Shown here: piece by piece, positions 1-13,362 of the stretch
Numbering within the stretch: the first letter of the stretch is position 1
Layout of the letters: every line of letters starts with the position of its first letter
Source of the DNA: Eledone cirrhosa
Taxonomy: Eukaryota
Length of the DNA: 64,000 nucleotides
Assembly: GCA_964016885.1 (NCBI GenBank)
Contig: OZ024740.1
Location: 26,722,001-26,786,000 of the forward strand
Direction: 5' to 3'
Translations under genes and position numbers: made by a program
Notes under the pieces: model-generated
The model's input: only the letters and a program-made list of their open reading frames with translations
Databases searched by the model: none
What the model was told of the DNA's origin: nothing

Positions 1-269
1 TATAGATAATTAATGAGAAATATGCATCTTCTATATCCAGCTATGTCTATGTATGTTCTGTTATGTCTTATTCTTGGGTTAATAATTGTGTTAGATGACA
101 TTGATATCTGACAAAACGAAGGGACGTACGCTATGAAATACTATTGAACATTCTGTGTGGATGGTGTTATGCAGCAACTTTAAGACAAGAAAACAAGTAA
201 TATACCCACTGAATGTTTTCGAAGCCTGTATTGGTTTGTTACGGGGCGACCCAATTATTGACTACTCTA

Positions 270-1066
270 CTCTATGACTGGTATTTACGGGGTCGATAAA
301 ATAAAGCACCTCTAATGCATTAAGGTCGATTTAATCGACTTTCCCCTCCCCCAAATGTGTTGCCCTTGAACCTAAACCAAAAACCATTTCTTGGTAAATT
401 AGGTATAATAATTTATTTCTTCGATACATTTCTCCTCCGTTAATTGCAATATTTTATCATTCCACAAATAAATGTTGACATTTCCGTAGGTCAATTAAAA
501 TACCCGAAAGGAAAAAAGTCTCAAACGTTCTTGAGCATAACTTGTACATATTTGCTCTTGCATTTCCAGTTGCATTTGTTAATATCTGTTACTACTACTG
601 CAAATAGTTGACTGTTCACTTTTACTACTCACATTTACTCTGTATAGCTTACTCCTATTTTATCCAACACCTCACATGCACTCTAGATATTTACACGTTT
701 ATTATGTATTTATTAATACAACATATAAAGCACTCCTAACCAAATATATAAATTATCCAATTCTTTCTACTACCGCATGCAGACCTTAGTTACAAACAAG
801 ATGACATTCCACCACACACAATGTTTATGTCAGGGTGTAGTCGGAATGACGCCAAATGGGAACAGAGTTAATGGAACTCACAGACGCCCTTGAACGATAT
901 CTGGTTAATCTACACTATGAACATTTTCCTCGGAGGCCGAATATTCTCGAAAGTTTGATGTTTATATTCATTTGTGGAACGATACAATATTGCAATTAAA
1001 GTAGGAGAAAATTATCGCAGGAATAAATTAGTATGCTTGATTTAACAAGAAATGCCAGGCATACTG
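270..1066. mobile_element. Degenerate Tc1/mariner-like MITE with ~110-bp terminal inverted repeats and TA target-site duplication
   Basis: 385-480 is the reverse complement of about 958-1054 (TAATTTATT..CTCCT..TAATTGCAATATT..TTCCACAAAT). The right end reads ..GCCAGGCATACTG|TA. The left end TA|CTCTATGACTGGTATTT is a decayed CAGTATGCCTGGCATTT. The left TIR is split by a SINE fragment. Confidence 0.65.
287..385 (+). mobile_element. 5'-truncated SINE (family A 3' half) inserted in the left TIR of the MITE
   Basis: Contains GGGGTCGATAAAATAAAGCACC, the core shared with SINE copies at 9531, 34249, 53088 and 53961. Confidence 0.7.
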
Positions 1067-1432
1067 TAGAATAGTCGATAAATGTGTTTCCTTTTAACAA
1101 AGCAACATAAAACAAAAATACATAAGTGTTTTGTTACCAGCGATGGAAGATATCAGGAATAGTTAAAAACCAAATAAATCTGGCAAAAAATATAGTCGAA
1201 ACGCCTTGACCGTTGAAAAAACTGGAACGACTTAAAAACTACCACATTCTCAAAACGCCTACTACCATACGAGGATCAGTTGAAAACTTTAAATAGTTGG
1301 TTGACTTTGTAGAAATGGTGCTAGAGCTTCTTATGTATAATTGCCTGGTTTTTCCAGAGACTATGTAGGAAAATAAACATCATTTGGTAATTCCATGAGA
1401 GTATCTTGATCAGTTTATGAAAATTTCAGCCA

Positions 1433-1468
<36 letters not shown>

Positions 1469-1482
1469 AGAGAGAGAGATTA

Positions 1483-1518
<36 letters not shown>

Positions 1519-1900
1519 TTTGCACGACACAATCACAATACACCAAATACTGTATTTAGGTGAGCAATATATTACTAAATACATTATTACATGTATTATG
1601 ATTAACTTCTGCCTGATGATAACTTGGTAGGTTACGTAATGTTTGCCTAACGCCTCTGAAATGTGCATAACAGACTTTATTTACTAAGCTGAATTATGGA
1701 AATATAGAACTCTTTCTTCGTATATACATACATATCAATGCACAGTCGAAAACCAGTCTGTGTGATACCAGTTCATATTTAGATGTTTACGTATTTATAA
1801 AATCTGCGGTGCCGAGTCCGGCGAAAGCCATAAATCAGGCGATAGATCAGGCGAAAGCAATAAATCAGGTGTTATATATATAAATATATATATATATATA

Positions 1901-2628
<728 letters not shown>

Positions 2629-2635
2629 TATATAT

Positions 2636-2746
<111 letters not shown>

Positions 2747-3091
2747 TTAGGTGGAGATCTGACAACGACCTCGGACGGGTTCATTTTAACATCTGCAAGC
2801 TTCTGCAATGATGCTACAGAAGGGTTTCCTGGTTAAGCGGATACAAGCCTTGGTCACGGTCATCTCAGCCATATTTATACACCCATTCTTCATCAAATTA
2901 TGCATTCAATACTTGGATTTCTGGTGTTCCAGGCATTTCACCACACACATAAACACTCACACACACACATTCACAGACACACACCCACACTCACTCTCGT
3001 ATATATATATGCGCACATATATATGTATATATGTATGTATGAATATATCAAACATATATATATAAACGTATAATTATACACACCCACACAC

Positions 3092-3124
<33 letters not shown>

Positions 3125-3126
3125 CA

Positions 3127-3185
<59 letters not shown>

Positions 3186-3261
3186 GTGTGTGGGTGTGTA
3201 TAATTATACGTTTATATATATATGTTTGATATATTCATACATACATATTCTAATAAATATT

Positions 3262-3360
3262 TTAATAAATATTTGCTCTACGGTTCTTATATATTTGATA
3301 TATATTTATCCTTATCGAGCCCTCTTTGGATTTTAGTCTTCAAATTTATTATTATTACTA
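3262..3360 (+). mobile_element. 3' terminal fragment of family P2
   Basis: GGTTCTTATATATTTGATATATATTTATCCTTATCGAGCCCTCTTTGGATTTTA matches 6316-6400 and, inverted, 10878-10970. Ends in (TA)n. Confidence 0.75.
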
Positions 3361-3368
3361 TATCTATA

Positions 3369-3441
<73 letters not shown>

Positions 3442-3494
3442 GTAAGTATGTATGTATACGTACATACATATATGTATACAGATGTACAGTAGCA

Positions 3495-3560
<66 letters not shown>

Positions 3561-3961
3561 CATATGCATATATACATACAGGTACACATACATATATGCA
3601 CGCATCAGTTTAGCGGACGCTTATTATAACGCCGCTTTGTCGTTTGTAAACAAACTGAACAGCCTGAATTTATGCCATACGGTGTTAAGGCAACCACGTC
3701 ACCTTTTTGTTCAACACTGACACAGGAACGATGTACTAGTTTCAAGCTTGTTAGCTATCATCAGCACCGTTTACCCATCTGCCAGATAGTTGAACGTGCG
3801 AAAGTATATACTTTCCTTATGAAAATTAACGGCTGAGCAGCCTAATTTGCATATTGAGTGAGTTAAATCGGTCAGGCATACCGAAAACGATAAGTTGAAA
3901 AAAAAAAAATGAAAACGAAATTTCATTTCTCACTCTTAGTATGGCACTTACTTAAATGTAA

Positions 3962-4697
3962 GTATGTATGTATACATCCAAAAGATGCTATATTTAATGT
4001 TTTTGTCTTTCAAGGACCATATGAGTTCTGAGAGAGCCGTGTTGGTTCTTTTAAGTTTGTATTTAAAAGACGAATGATGGTTATAAAGACGAGCTTTAAA
4101 AGAGGTGGAAGTGGAGCCAAAATAGGTGAAGGAATTGGTGTCAGTTATAACTTTACATTCGTAAATTAAGTTTTTATCAAGACAATGGTTGTTGAGAGGA
4201 CATTTATTTTTAATAGGGCAATTGCAATTGCGATTAGAGAGATTATTAATGAGTGACCTAGTGTTATCTATAGAAGGAATTGGATTGGAGAAGTTATTTG
4301 CGATAGGAATAATAGTTTCTTGATTTAGAAAGGGATTAAGAACATTTAGTGAAGTTGTGTTTGACGTTGTATTTGGGTTTGTAGAAATTAGACTAGGGTT
4401 TACAATGACGTCGGGAGTACTATTACTATTATTATGATATTCAGTGTTGGAATGAAGAGATTTAGTATTTAGTATTTTATTGTTGTGTTTAGAGATAATG
4501 TTGGAAATGTTGGAGGATGTAGAATAGGAAAATTTTATAGTGTGTTTGTTAAATATTTTACTATAGATATGTGAGGGAGGGAAGCATTTATTTAAGGCAC
4601 TAAAGAATAATTTAGGAATATTGTTATTAATAGAGATGGAGAAAGGAGCATTATACCAGATTATGTTTTTGTATCTAGGTCTTTTATTAAAGTTATT
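3962..4697 (-). pseudogene. Penelope-like retroelement ORF fragment: RT thumb, Cys-rich linker and C-terminal GIY-YIG endonuclease
   Basis: ORF 3948..4808 contains IIWYNAPFS..KIFNKHTIKFSYS..IISKHN, CNC..CPL..CL and LIYEC..TYFGST..FKARLYNH..ALSELIWSLK (GIY-YIG-like). It is truncated at both ends and has no RT core. Confidence 0.85.
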
Positions 4698-5041
<344 letters not shown>

Positions 5042-5404
5042 TACACACATATCAATATAAATACATATATGTTGTGGGGGTATAACTATATATACATATT
5101 CGCTTTTCGCTAAATAGAATATGAAATGTGGAGTAATTATTTGGGATTCTATATCTTACTAATGACCAATATTTAACAACTCTCTCTAGGTACGTCTAAC
5201 GTCCAGCGCCTCTTTAAGCTAATTCCACTCTACTCTTTTAAATCATTGGCAGGTTAATCTCTTCATATTGCGGCTATTTGAAACATTGTCGTCCTATATG
5301 ATAAGGCCTTACATATTACGAGTGTCGTTTCAAAAGTTCATAGGGTTATTATGAAGAAATTATGCTAGAGTTATGAAATATTGAATGCATTTCAACTCTT
5401 TTTA

Positions 5405-5590
5405 TTAATGGTTTCGGATTTAGGCACAAGGTGAACAATTTTGCGGGAGGGAAAATTCGTGGTGTTTTATTTTATGAACCCAAGAAGATTGAAAGGCAAA
5501 GTAGACCTTGGCGGGATTTGAACTTAGAATGTAAAGAGCCGGAATAAATGCGGCAAAGCATTTTTTCCGGCACTGTCACGATTCTGTTAA
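5405..5590 (-). mobile_element. tRNA-derived SINE (family A)
   Basis: Reverse complement of a B-box-like GTTCAAATCCCGCC, the TTTGCCTTTCA core and a CTTGTGCCTAAA tail. Confidence 0.75.
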
Positions 5591-5791
5591 TACGAGCATT
5601 GTTTCTTCCAGAAAATATTTTGAAAAGTAAACCTCATGTAGTCTTTCAATTAGAGTATCTTGGACAGCCTAAACATTTTCAACCAGCTCCCATATATCAT
5701 TAACATAATAAAACAAGACATACGACGAAACCGTGTACACATTTGAAACATGTCCGAGTGTAAAAATGGAACGAAATCATAGACATATGTA

Positions 5792-5835
<44 letters not shown>

Positions 5836-6169
5836 GTGTGTGCGCGCGTGTGTGTGTGCGTGCGTGTGTTTGTTTGTGTGTGTTTGTGTGTGTGTGTGCG
5901 CGCGTGTGTTTGTGTATGAAGTCCAACTTTGTGTATGAAGGATCGATTTATTTTGAAGCATTTTCTGTGAGTTTGACGTCATTTTAATGTTTAGCTTTGA
6001 AGCTATATTCAATTATTCTTTACCGGAAATAACTTTGTTACTGACCGGATATTGTATTGTTAAATGAAATAGCAGTAAATGTGAGATACCTACAGAGAGA
6101 GAGATGCAGAGGAACAGCCAGACGGAAGCATATGACCTCAATATTTACATATGTATATATATATATATT

Positions 6170-6402
6170 TATTTATTAAAATAACAGATTAAAGTTTAAA
6201 CAAAGAAATGATGCTTTCACCCTTAACAAGATCTTCAGAAGATCCCGTTAAGGGTGAAAGCAGCGATTCTTAGCTTAAACTTTAATCTGTTATTTTAATA
6301 AATATTTTCTCTAGGGTTCTTATATATTTGATATATATTTATCATTATCGAGCCCTCTTTGGATTTTATTCTTCAAATTTATTATTATATTATTATTACT
6401 AT
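6170..6402 (+). mobile_element. Fold-back PLE fragment (family P2)
   Basis: Inverted arms at about 6170-6235 and 6238-6303 centred at GATCTTCAGAAGATC, followed by a 3' extension to (TA)n. Confidence 0.75.
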
Positions 6403-6425
6403 ATATATATATATATATATAATAG

Positions 6426-6625
6426 GTTGAAAAGGTAACACACCAGAGAGAGATATACAGTGCGTTATTAATAATACATGTATTATTCATAACGCACTGT
6501 ATATCTCTCTTTGGTGTGTTACCTTTTCAACATATTGTATTTTAAAGAGCTCAGGATCTCTTCTCCTTTGAGCACATTATTAAAAGGGAATAGCGAGGGC
6601 CTATGCCTCCGTTAATTTATCGTGA
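6426..6625 (+). mobile_element. Fold-back PLE fragment (family P4)
   Basis: Inverted arms 6426-6478 and 6479-6531. The 3' part (TTTTAAAGAGCTCAGG..TTTGAGCACATTATT..GGGAATAGC..TATCGTGA) matches 40655-40741 and 41183-41270. Confidence 0.75.
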
Positions 6626-6797
6626 TATATATATATATTTATATATAAATTTTGACTATATGTTGGTTGTATACCAACACCCCAGTATTCAGATTGGAGC
6701 ACTCGACGAAGTGCGCAGGTTGGTTTGGTTACTCCAGAGTAATGTAAAATAAAATAAAATAGATAAGTCAAATGTTTAAAATTTGGCTTCGTTTATT

Positions 6798-6852
6798 ACT
6801 GCTATATATATTTCGGTGACAGCCATCTTTGGCTGTGACCTCTTCAGGCAGT
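6798..6852 (-). ncRNA. Type I hammerhead ribozyme motif in a minus-strand PLE-like end (about 6648-7140)
   Basis: Minus strand reads ACTGC-CTGAAGA-GGTCACAGCCA AAGA TGGCTGTCACC-GAA-ATATATAT-A-GCAGT. Stems I and II pair and stem III is palindromic. Confidence 0.85.
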
Positions 6853-7399
6853 CTGAATTATTGTGGTAGAGATGAGTACACATGTTGTTGAGCGGTTTAA
6901 CTTTGTCAATACTCTGATATGCTCAGTTCCTGGTTGGGTTGTTATTTCAATGAGGAACTGGAATCATATGAATTTAAACAAACGAATTTCAGCGTCTAAG
7001 GGCCTCTTCTCCTCTCATTGGTCAGTTGTTAGAACATTCCTCAGTCAAAAGTCTATAGAAATTCGTTCTGAGGCAAGCCAATCTGTAGTGGTTGTTCTTG
7101 TTATTGTTAGGTACATCTGACCTCTATTCTTATGTTGGTAGTGGTGTTGTTGTTGGAGTCAGCTCCCAAAATTGATAAAGTGGTAGAAGGAATAAGATGG
7201 TAAAGGAACAAAATAAAATAAAATAATCGAATAAAATGTGTGTGTGTGTTATACCCATCTCAATGTTATAAAGATTTGTAAGGTCACTTTTCCCATTGGG
7301 CAGTTTTGAGAGCATTCCTCAGTCTAAAGTCTAGACTTGGGGGAAGGTTTGTTCCACCTTTCCTTACTTGAATTCTTCCCTATCCAGAATATGTAATCT

Positions 7400-8862
7400 C
7401 TGCCTAGCCGAGAAATTTACCATTATATCTTATTTCAATTCTATAATAAATAGACGCACAAATTTATTTTCTCTCTGCTTGCATAAATTACATAGAACAT
7501 TCCATAAAGTATATAGCTAATATCTCAATACCTTACTAGTTTAACATTTTTTTTCTCAAAGGCTTATATATATTTTACAAATATACCCATCTCTCTACCT
7601 TATTTCAGTATTATATATTACATAATACAATTTACTCATTCTATATCATTCCTCTTTATCATCGTCCTTTCTTCCTTTTTTCTTTTTAATTTCTAACCTC
7701 TAATATGTACGTTTTCTTCCCAACTACTTCTCAATTCATATTATAACTCTCCACAACATTATCCATTCTTCCATCTTTCCTCATATCATTGGCGATAAAA
7801 ATTATTTTTCTAATACATTATAATATTACCATTAGATGTCCTTCGTAAACATATAAACTTTTGACGTTAGATTTTTTTCTTCCTTAAATTTTTCATATTT
7901 CTTCCATCCTTTCATGCTCGTTTTAAACTATTACTTAATTTGACTTTTACATATTACAATACAAAAAACAAACTTAAACCCTAACTAATTTCTTTTAGTA
8001 TATTATATTATTACCATTAGAAAATATTTCGTAAACATATATATTTTTTGATGTTAGATAGTTTCTTCCTTAAACATTATTTTCCTCTTTCCTTCCGCGC
8101 TCATTTAAAACAAACTATTTACGTACACATATTACATTACATAAAAACAAACTTAAACCCTAACTAATTCCTCTAAATTCATAACTCATTCATTCTTCTC
8201 CTTCATTTCACATTTTACCCTTAATATCATTAATATTTTTATTTTAATAATACATATTAATAAATTCTTTTCTTCGCACATATTATTAAACCCTTCAATA
8301 TACAAACCTTAATTTAATACTATTCTTAATTCCTTTTTCTTCATGCATAAACCTCATTAACTTTTAATTTCAAAATCTTTTAAATTATCTATTATCTACC
8401 AACGGCTTTTTAATTTCTCTCTGTGAGACAATATTTTTTTCTCAGTTGTAAAGGCTATATCTCTCTCTCTCTCTCATCCTTCCTTCTTATACTCCTCCCC
8501 CACCATCCTTTACTCTTATTTCTTCCTCTTCCTTACTTTTTTCACCCCCCCCCCCATCACTTTTTCCCAATCTCATACATCGATCTTAATTTATTTTTCA
8601 TATGTTGATTTAAAACTTCACTATTCACAAGTGTTTTTTAAGCTTCATATCATGTCTCCCTATTTTATCTGATGAGAACACAGATATCATCACATGATGA
8701 TATTTGTTTTTGAAATGCGCATAATAAAGTACTTGGAACTCTTTTAACCATCTTTTGATCTTATATTATATTATTTATACTCCAGTCCTACAAACTGTAG
8801 ACTGCTACTTATCCGATATTTGCATTGCTTTATTGTGCTACAATAAAACTCACCTTTTACAT
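7400..8862 (+). mobile_element. Non-autonomous PLE-like element (family P3) with pyrimidine/AT-rich body and HHR-bearing 3' end
   Basis: The 3' end is shared with 4698-4845 and carries an HHR at 8661. There is an internal ~185-bp tandem duplication (7800-8170). The left boundary is uncertain. Confidence 0.55.
8661..8732 (+). ncRNA. Type I hammerhead ribozyme motif
   Basis: TATTTTAT-CTGATGA(8669)-GAACACAGATATCATCA C ATGATGATATTTGTTTTT-GAA-ATGCGCAT-A-ATAAAAGTA. Confidence 0.85.
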
Positions 8863-8867
8863 TATAT

Positions 8868-8986
<119 letters not shown>

Positions 8987-9258
8987 GAAATAACATTTAC
9001 ATTTACACATTATACTCCTAGATGTTAACATGTTCTATACTGCCATAGACGACAAACATTTTAATAGAGTGTATAAGCTATATATATAGCAAAGGCCTTA
9101 CCATACTGATGACGACATGGTCTTGAGATGTTTAGCAAAATCGATAATTGGTGACCGATAATAATTACTATCATCGAAAATTTCCAGAAACCGATCTGTC
9201 TCTGAGAGAATAAACCATTTTAATATCTAGGCGTATGTATTTAAATTTACATATATAC

Positions 9259-9345
<87 letters not shown>

Positions 9346-9530
9346 AATTATACACATACAAATTCTCCTGTATATATGTAGAAGATAGTAGAGCCCCAGT
9401 TACACTACCCCCACTCACTTCATTCTGAACAGAAGAAATTTAGACAGTAAATTCATATATATTTTAACTGCCACAGAATATGCGTGCAAACTTTATTATA
9501 ATTAAAATTAATAGTAGTAATAGAAGTGAA

Positions 9531-9745
9531 GGCGATGGATTGGCACATATGGATAGAGCGTCGGACAAGATGATTTTCGGTATATAGTTACCGTCCATTT
9601 AGTGCTGAGTTCAAATCTCGCACGAGGTGGTTTTGCCTTTAAGCCTTAAGGGTCGATAAAGTAAAGTACCACTAACGCATTGTGGTCGACTTTTCCCTTT
9701 CGGTCAAATTTCTGTCATTGTGATAAAAACCCCCAAACACTTATT
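9531..9745 (+). mobile_element. tRNA-derived SINE (family A)
   Basis: A-box-like TGGCACATATGG, B-box-like GAGTTCAAATC and core GGTCGATAAAGTAAAGTACC. Confidence 0.75.
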
Positions 9746-9856
9746 ATAAGTAGTAATATTCTTACTATTACAATGACCCCAAAACACACGCATATATATA
9801 TATATATATGTATGTATGTATATGTATATATATATTTATATATATATATGGATATA

Positions 9857-9993
9857 TGAGAAAAACCACAGACCCTCCATCTCAACTCTACTTTTGAAAA
9901 GCAGAACTGCGAAACCGGTAAAGGAACCAAATACATATATATATATTTTTTTAAAAATAAGACTCCAGTTGCATTTTCGATTTCATCTTTTTT

Positions 9994-9997
<4 letters not shown>
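9857..9997 (+). mobile_element. PLE-like terminal fragment (family P5) with variant HHR
   Basis: Matches 34992-35135. Contains TTGAAAA-GCAG AA CTGC-GAA-ACCGGT-A-AAGG and is flanked by (TA)n. Confidence 0.7.
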
Positions 9998-10044
<47 letters not shown>

Positions 10045-10877
10045 TTGTGGAAGAGTGAGAGTGTGTATGTGTGTGTAAGAGTGAAAAATAATTTAGAGTG
10101 AGGGATAGAAAGAATGTGACAGTGTGAGACCTAAGAGGAACCTGTATGATAGAGATATCAAGATACATATATAAAGCTAGAAGGTGAGATTGACTAACCG
10201 CCACGTTTGGACAGACAAAGTGACTGGAGGGTTGCTTAACAAATATATAACATGAAACCTTATAATAATATACGTCAAATAAGGGAGAGAGAGAGAGTAG
10301 ACAATGAGAGGAAGAAAAAAGAAAGAATGAAAGAGAGAGAGGGAGAGTAGACAATGACAGACAGGGTGAAAGAAAAAAGAAAGAATGAAAGAGAGAGATA
10401 AAGAGAGGGGGAGAGATAGAGAGAGACGCTAAGAAAATCTACGCTAGATTGTGTGGGTTTTGGCCCACTTTCTGACGGCCAAAATTCAAATACCAGCAAT
10501 AAGGCTTCTCTCTTTATTTGAAGTACAATATCCTTTGTCAAAATATTGCTTCTCTAATGGAATGTAACAAACATTCGATCTCACAGGTTGATACGTATCA
10601 TTTTTTCTTTCTTTTTTTTTCGGTTTGTATATTTGATTGGTCGCCAAAATTAGATATGATGTAATTGTAAAGTCTTCTCATACGTCTATCTGACTCACAG
10701 CTGTGCAGCTCCAAGTTCTCGTAGTACCTTATATTTTATAAGAAATTATGTAAGAATAACGACACGTACAAGCACACAGATTTACACAAACACACACGCG
10801 TACAAACATATACATTCATACATCAAACACACACGAAGACACACATGTATAAATATATATATATATATGAATATATA

Positions 10878-11461
10878 GTAATAATAATAAATGTGAAGAC
10901 TAAAATCCAAAGAGGGCTCGATAAGGATAAATATATATCAAATATATAAGAACCGTAGAGCAAATATTTATTAAAATAACAGATTAAAGTTTAAGCAAAG
11001 AATCGCTGCTTTCACACTTAACGGGATCTTCTGAAACTAACAAAGTCAATCTGTTATACCATTTACGTGGTTTTGTCTTTGCGTACAATTGTTCTCCCCG
11101 CTCCACATATGACGTATTATCTTCGTTTTTTCCGTTCATTGCCAGACAACGCCTCTATGAACCACTTTAGAGAACATTAGTCTACGACTTCTTTTATACC
11201 ATAAAAGTGGTTTTGTCTTTGCGTGTAATTGTTTTTCACCGCAGCAAATAATGACGTATTATATTCATTTTTCCCGTTCTTTGCCAGAGAACGTTTTCAC
11301 GAACCAAAGTATCGTCTTCCTGTCTTCCTCCGGTTGCAACGTTTTTTGAAATATTCACTTCTGCGTTCACAGATTGACTTTGTTAGTTTCAGAAGATCCC
11401 GTTAAGGGTGAAAGCAGCGATTCTTTGCTTAAACTGTAATCTGTTATTTTAATAAATTTTA

Positions 11462-11465
<4 letters not shown>
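10878..11465 (-). mobile_element. PLE-like element (family P2) with inverted terminal copy and internal tandem repeat
   Basis: About 10966-11054 is the inverse of about 11369-11456. Internal direct repeats lie at about 11068-11165 and 11207-11305. Flanked by (TA)n. Confidence 0.75.
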
Positions 11466-11498
<33 letters not shown>

Positions 11499-11621
11499 GG
11501 TTTGAGGTTCACCACTGTATAGAGCTGGTCTATTCCGTATGGTCAATCGTAATGCAATAATATAGAGAGTACTCAACGTAAAGCAGTTTTTGTAGTTGGT
11601 GGTGCTATTACGGAGTTAAAT

Positions 11622-11898
<277 letters not shown>

Positions 11899-12048
11899 AT
11901 AGTTTTGCGAGGTTTTTTAGATGAATTCGTGTGTCGAAACAAATATTGTTATACTTGTATAACAATATATATATATATATATATAAGTATTGAAGTTTCC
12001 GTTAAAAATTGAAAAGAGTCATAGGAGTGAAGAGTGCTCTATGTAAGT

Positions 12049-12092
<44 letters not shown>

Positions 12093-12631
12093 GTATGTGT
12101 GCGTACGTGCGAACCTATGTTTGTTTTCTTTTTCTCTAGTGTTAATTTATAATTGATAACCCCCCCCCCCCATTACATTCTCTTTGATTTAAACAACATT
12201 TTTTCCTTTCTCATATGTTTCATTTTCATATGTATCGAATATGACACTCTTTTTGACTAATACACTCCCTTCCCTTTTTATAAATGATCGCGCGTCTGTG
12301 TTTATACGCGTGCTTTCATACTTGTATGTGTATATATTTAATACCTAAATCTGGATGTACATTATTTTTCAACTTATATTATATACGGTTTGGTCACACA
12401 TACACTATTATGCTTGCCCTCATATACGCACTTACGCACGCACATATTTTCACTATACACATGCATTTGTACATACACACATATGTACATTTGTGAGTGA
12501 ATATAAACACATTTATACACATACCCTAAGTATATTTCCTTTTTTTTTATATATATCTTGCTTTGTTTCTTTTGCCCGTTAAACCCTTGCCTTTCTTGAG
12601 GAGATTTTTCAAATATTTCACTATGTTTTAA

Positions 12632-12706
12632 ATTGCCCTGTCCGATGAACGAATGAGGACGTTTTTCGTATTCGTCTTATTCGGGAAACCTCTGGTAATG
12701 AGGTTA
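12632..12706 (+). ncRNA. Type I hammerhead-like motif with CCGATGA core (U4C) in a probable PLE-derived segment (about 12120-12960)
   Basis: CCGATGA(12642)-A-CGAATGAGGACG..CGTCTTATTCG-G-GAA-ACC TCT GGT-A. Stem I is imperfect. Confidence 0.6.
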
Positions 12707-13362
12707 TTATATTGTATTGTTTATTATACATTATATATATATAAATGTAATCTGTGTTTTTCGAATATTAATAGTAATATTCGATTCGTTTGCAATTGTG
12801 CAAACAAGCCTCATTTTTAAAGCCATGTCAGTAGAATTAGCCCCTCATTCTTGTTCTTTCTTGTGTTGGCTTGTAAACAGAACTGCACACACTAATGTTT
12901 CTGGGCCATACCCTTCATCAGTATAGTTCACTGTTCACCTGCCAACTGTCAGAGCTAGTGAAAATATATATAAATATATATATACATATATGCACACACA
13001 CACAACCACACCGACACATTCACAAACATGCATATATAAATGTATACACACACACACACACATACACATATATATATACGTATCTGTGTGCGTGTGTGTG
13101 TGTATGCGTGAGTGTGTGTGTAGACAGAGATAGCACAAACCCATGAGAAATGAATATCTGGCCAACATGACATAGGAGAAACGTTAGAATTATACCAGAA
13201 ACAATACACAATATAGCTGACGAAGTAAGTCCGTCAAATTCAGTAGGATAGGCCACCAATGTGATCAGACTACATGGCTGAAACTGGGTGACAAGGGTAT
13301 CTGACATTGAACAGGTTTTGGATAATGGAAGCTGGTCATGTTGAAATTCCTCCTGAGACAAT

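Noticed and set aside
1803-1870. GCCG-AGTC-CGGC-GAAA hairpin with a short direct repeat as a hammerhead
   Set aside because: The upstream core (CTGCGGT) does not fit CUGANGA and stem I cannot be assigned.
9106-9190. CTGATGA followed by a distant GAAA
   Set aside because: No convincing stems I-III; likely chance.
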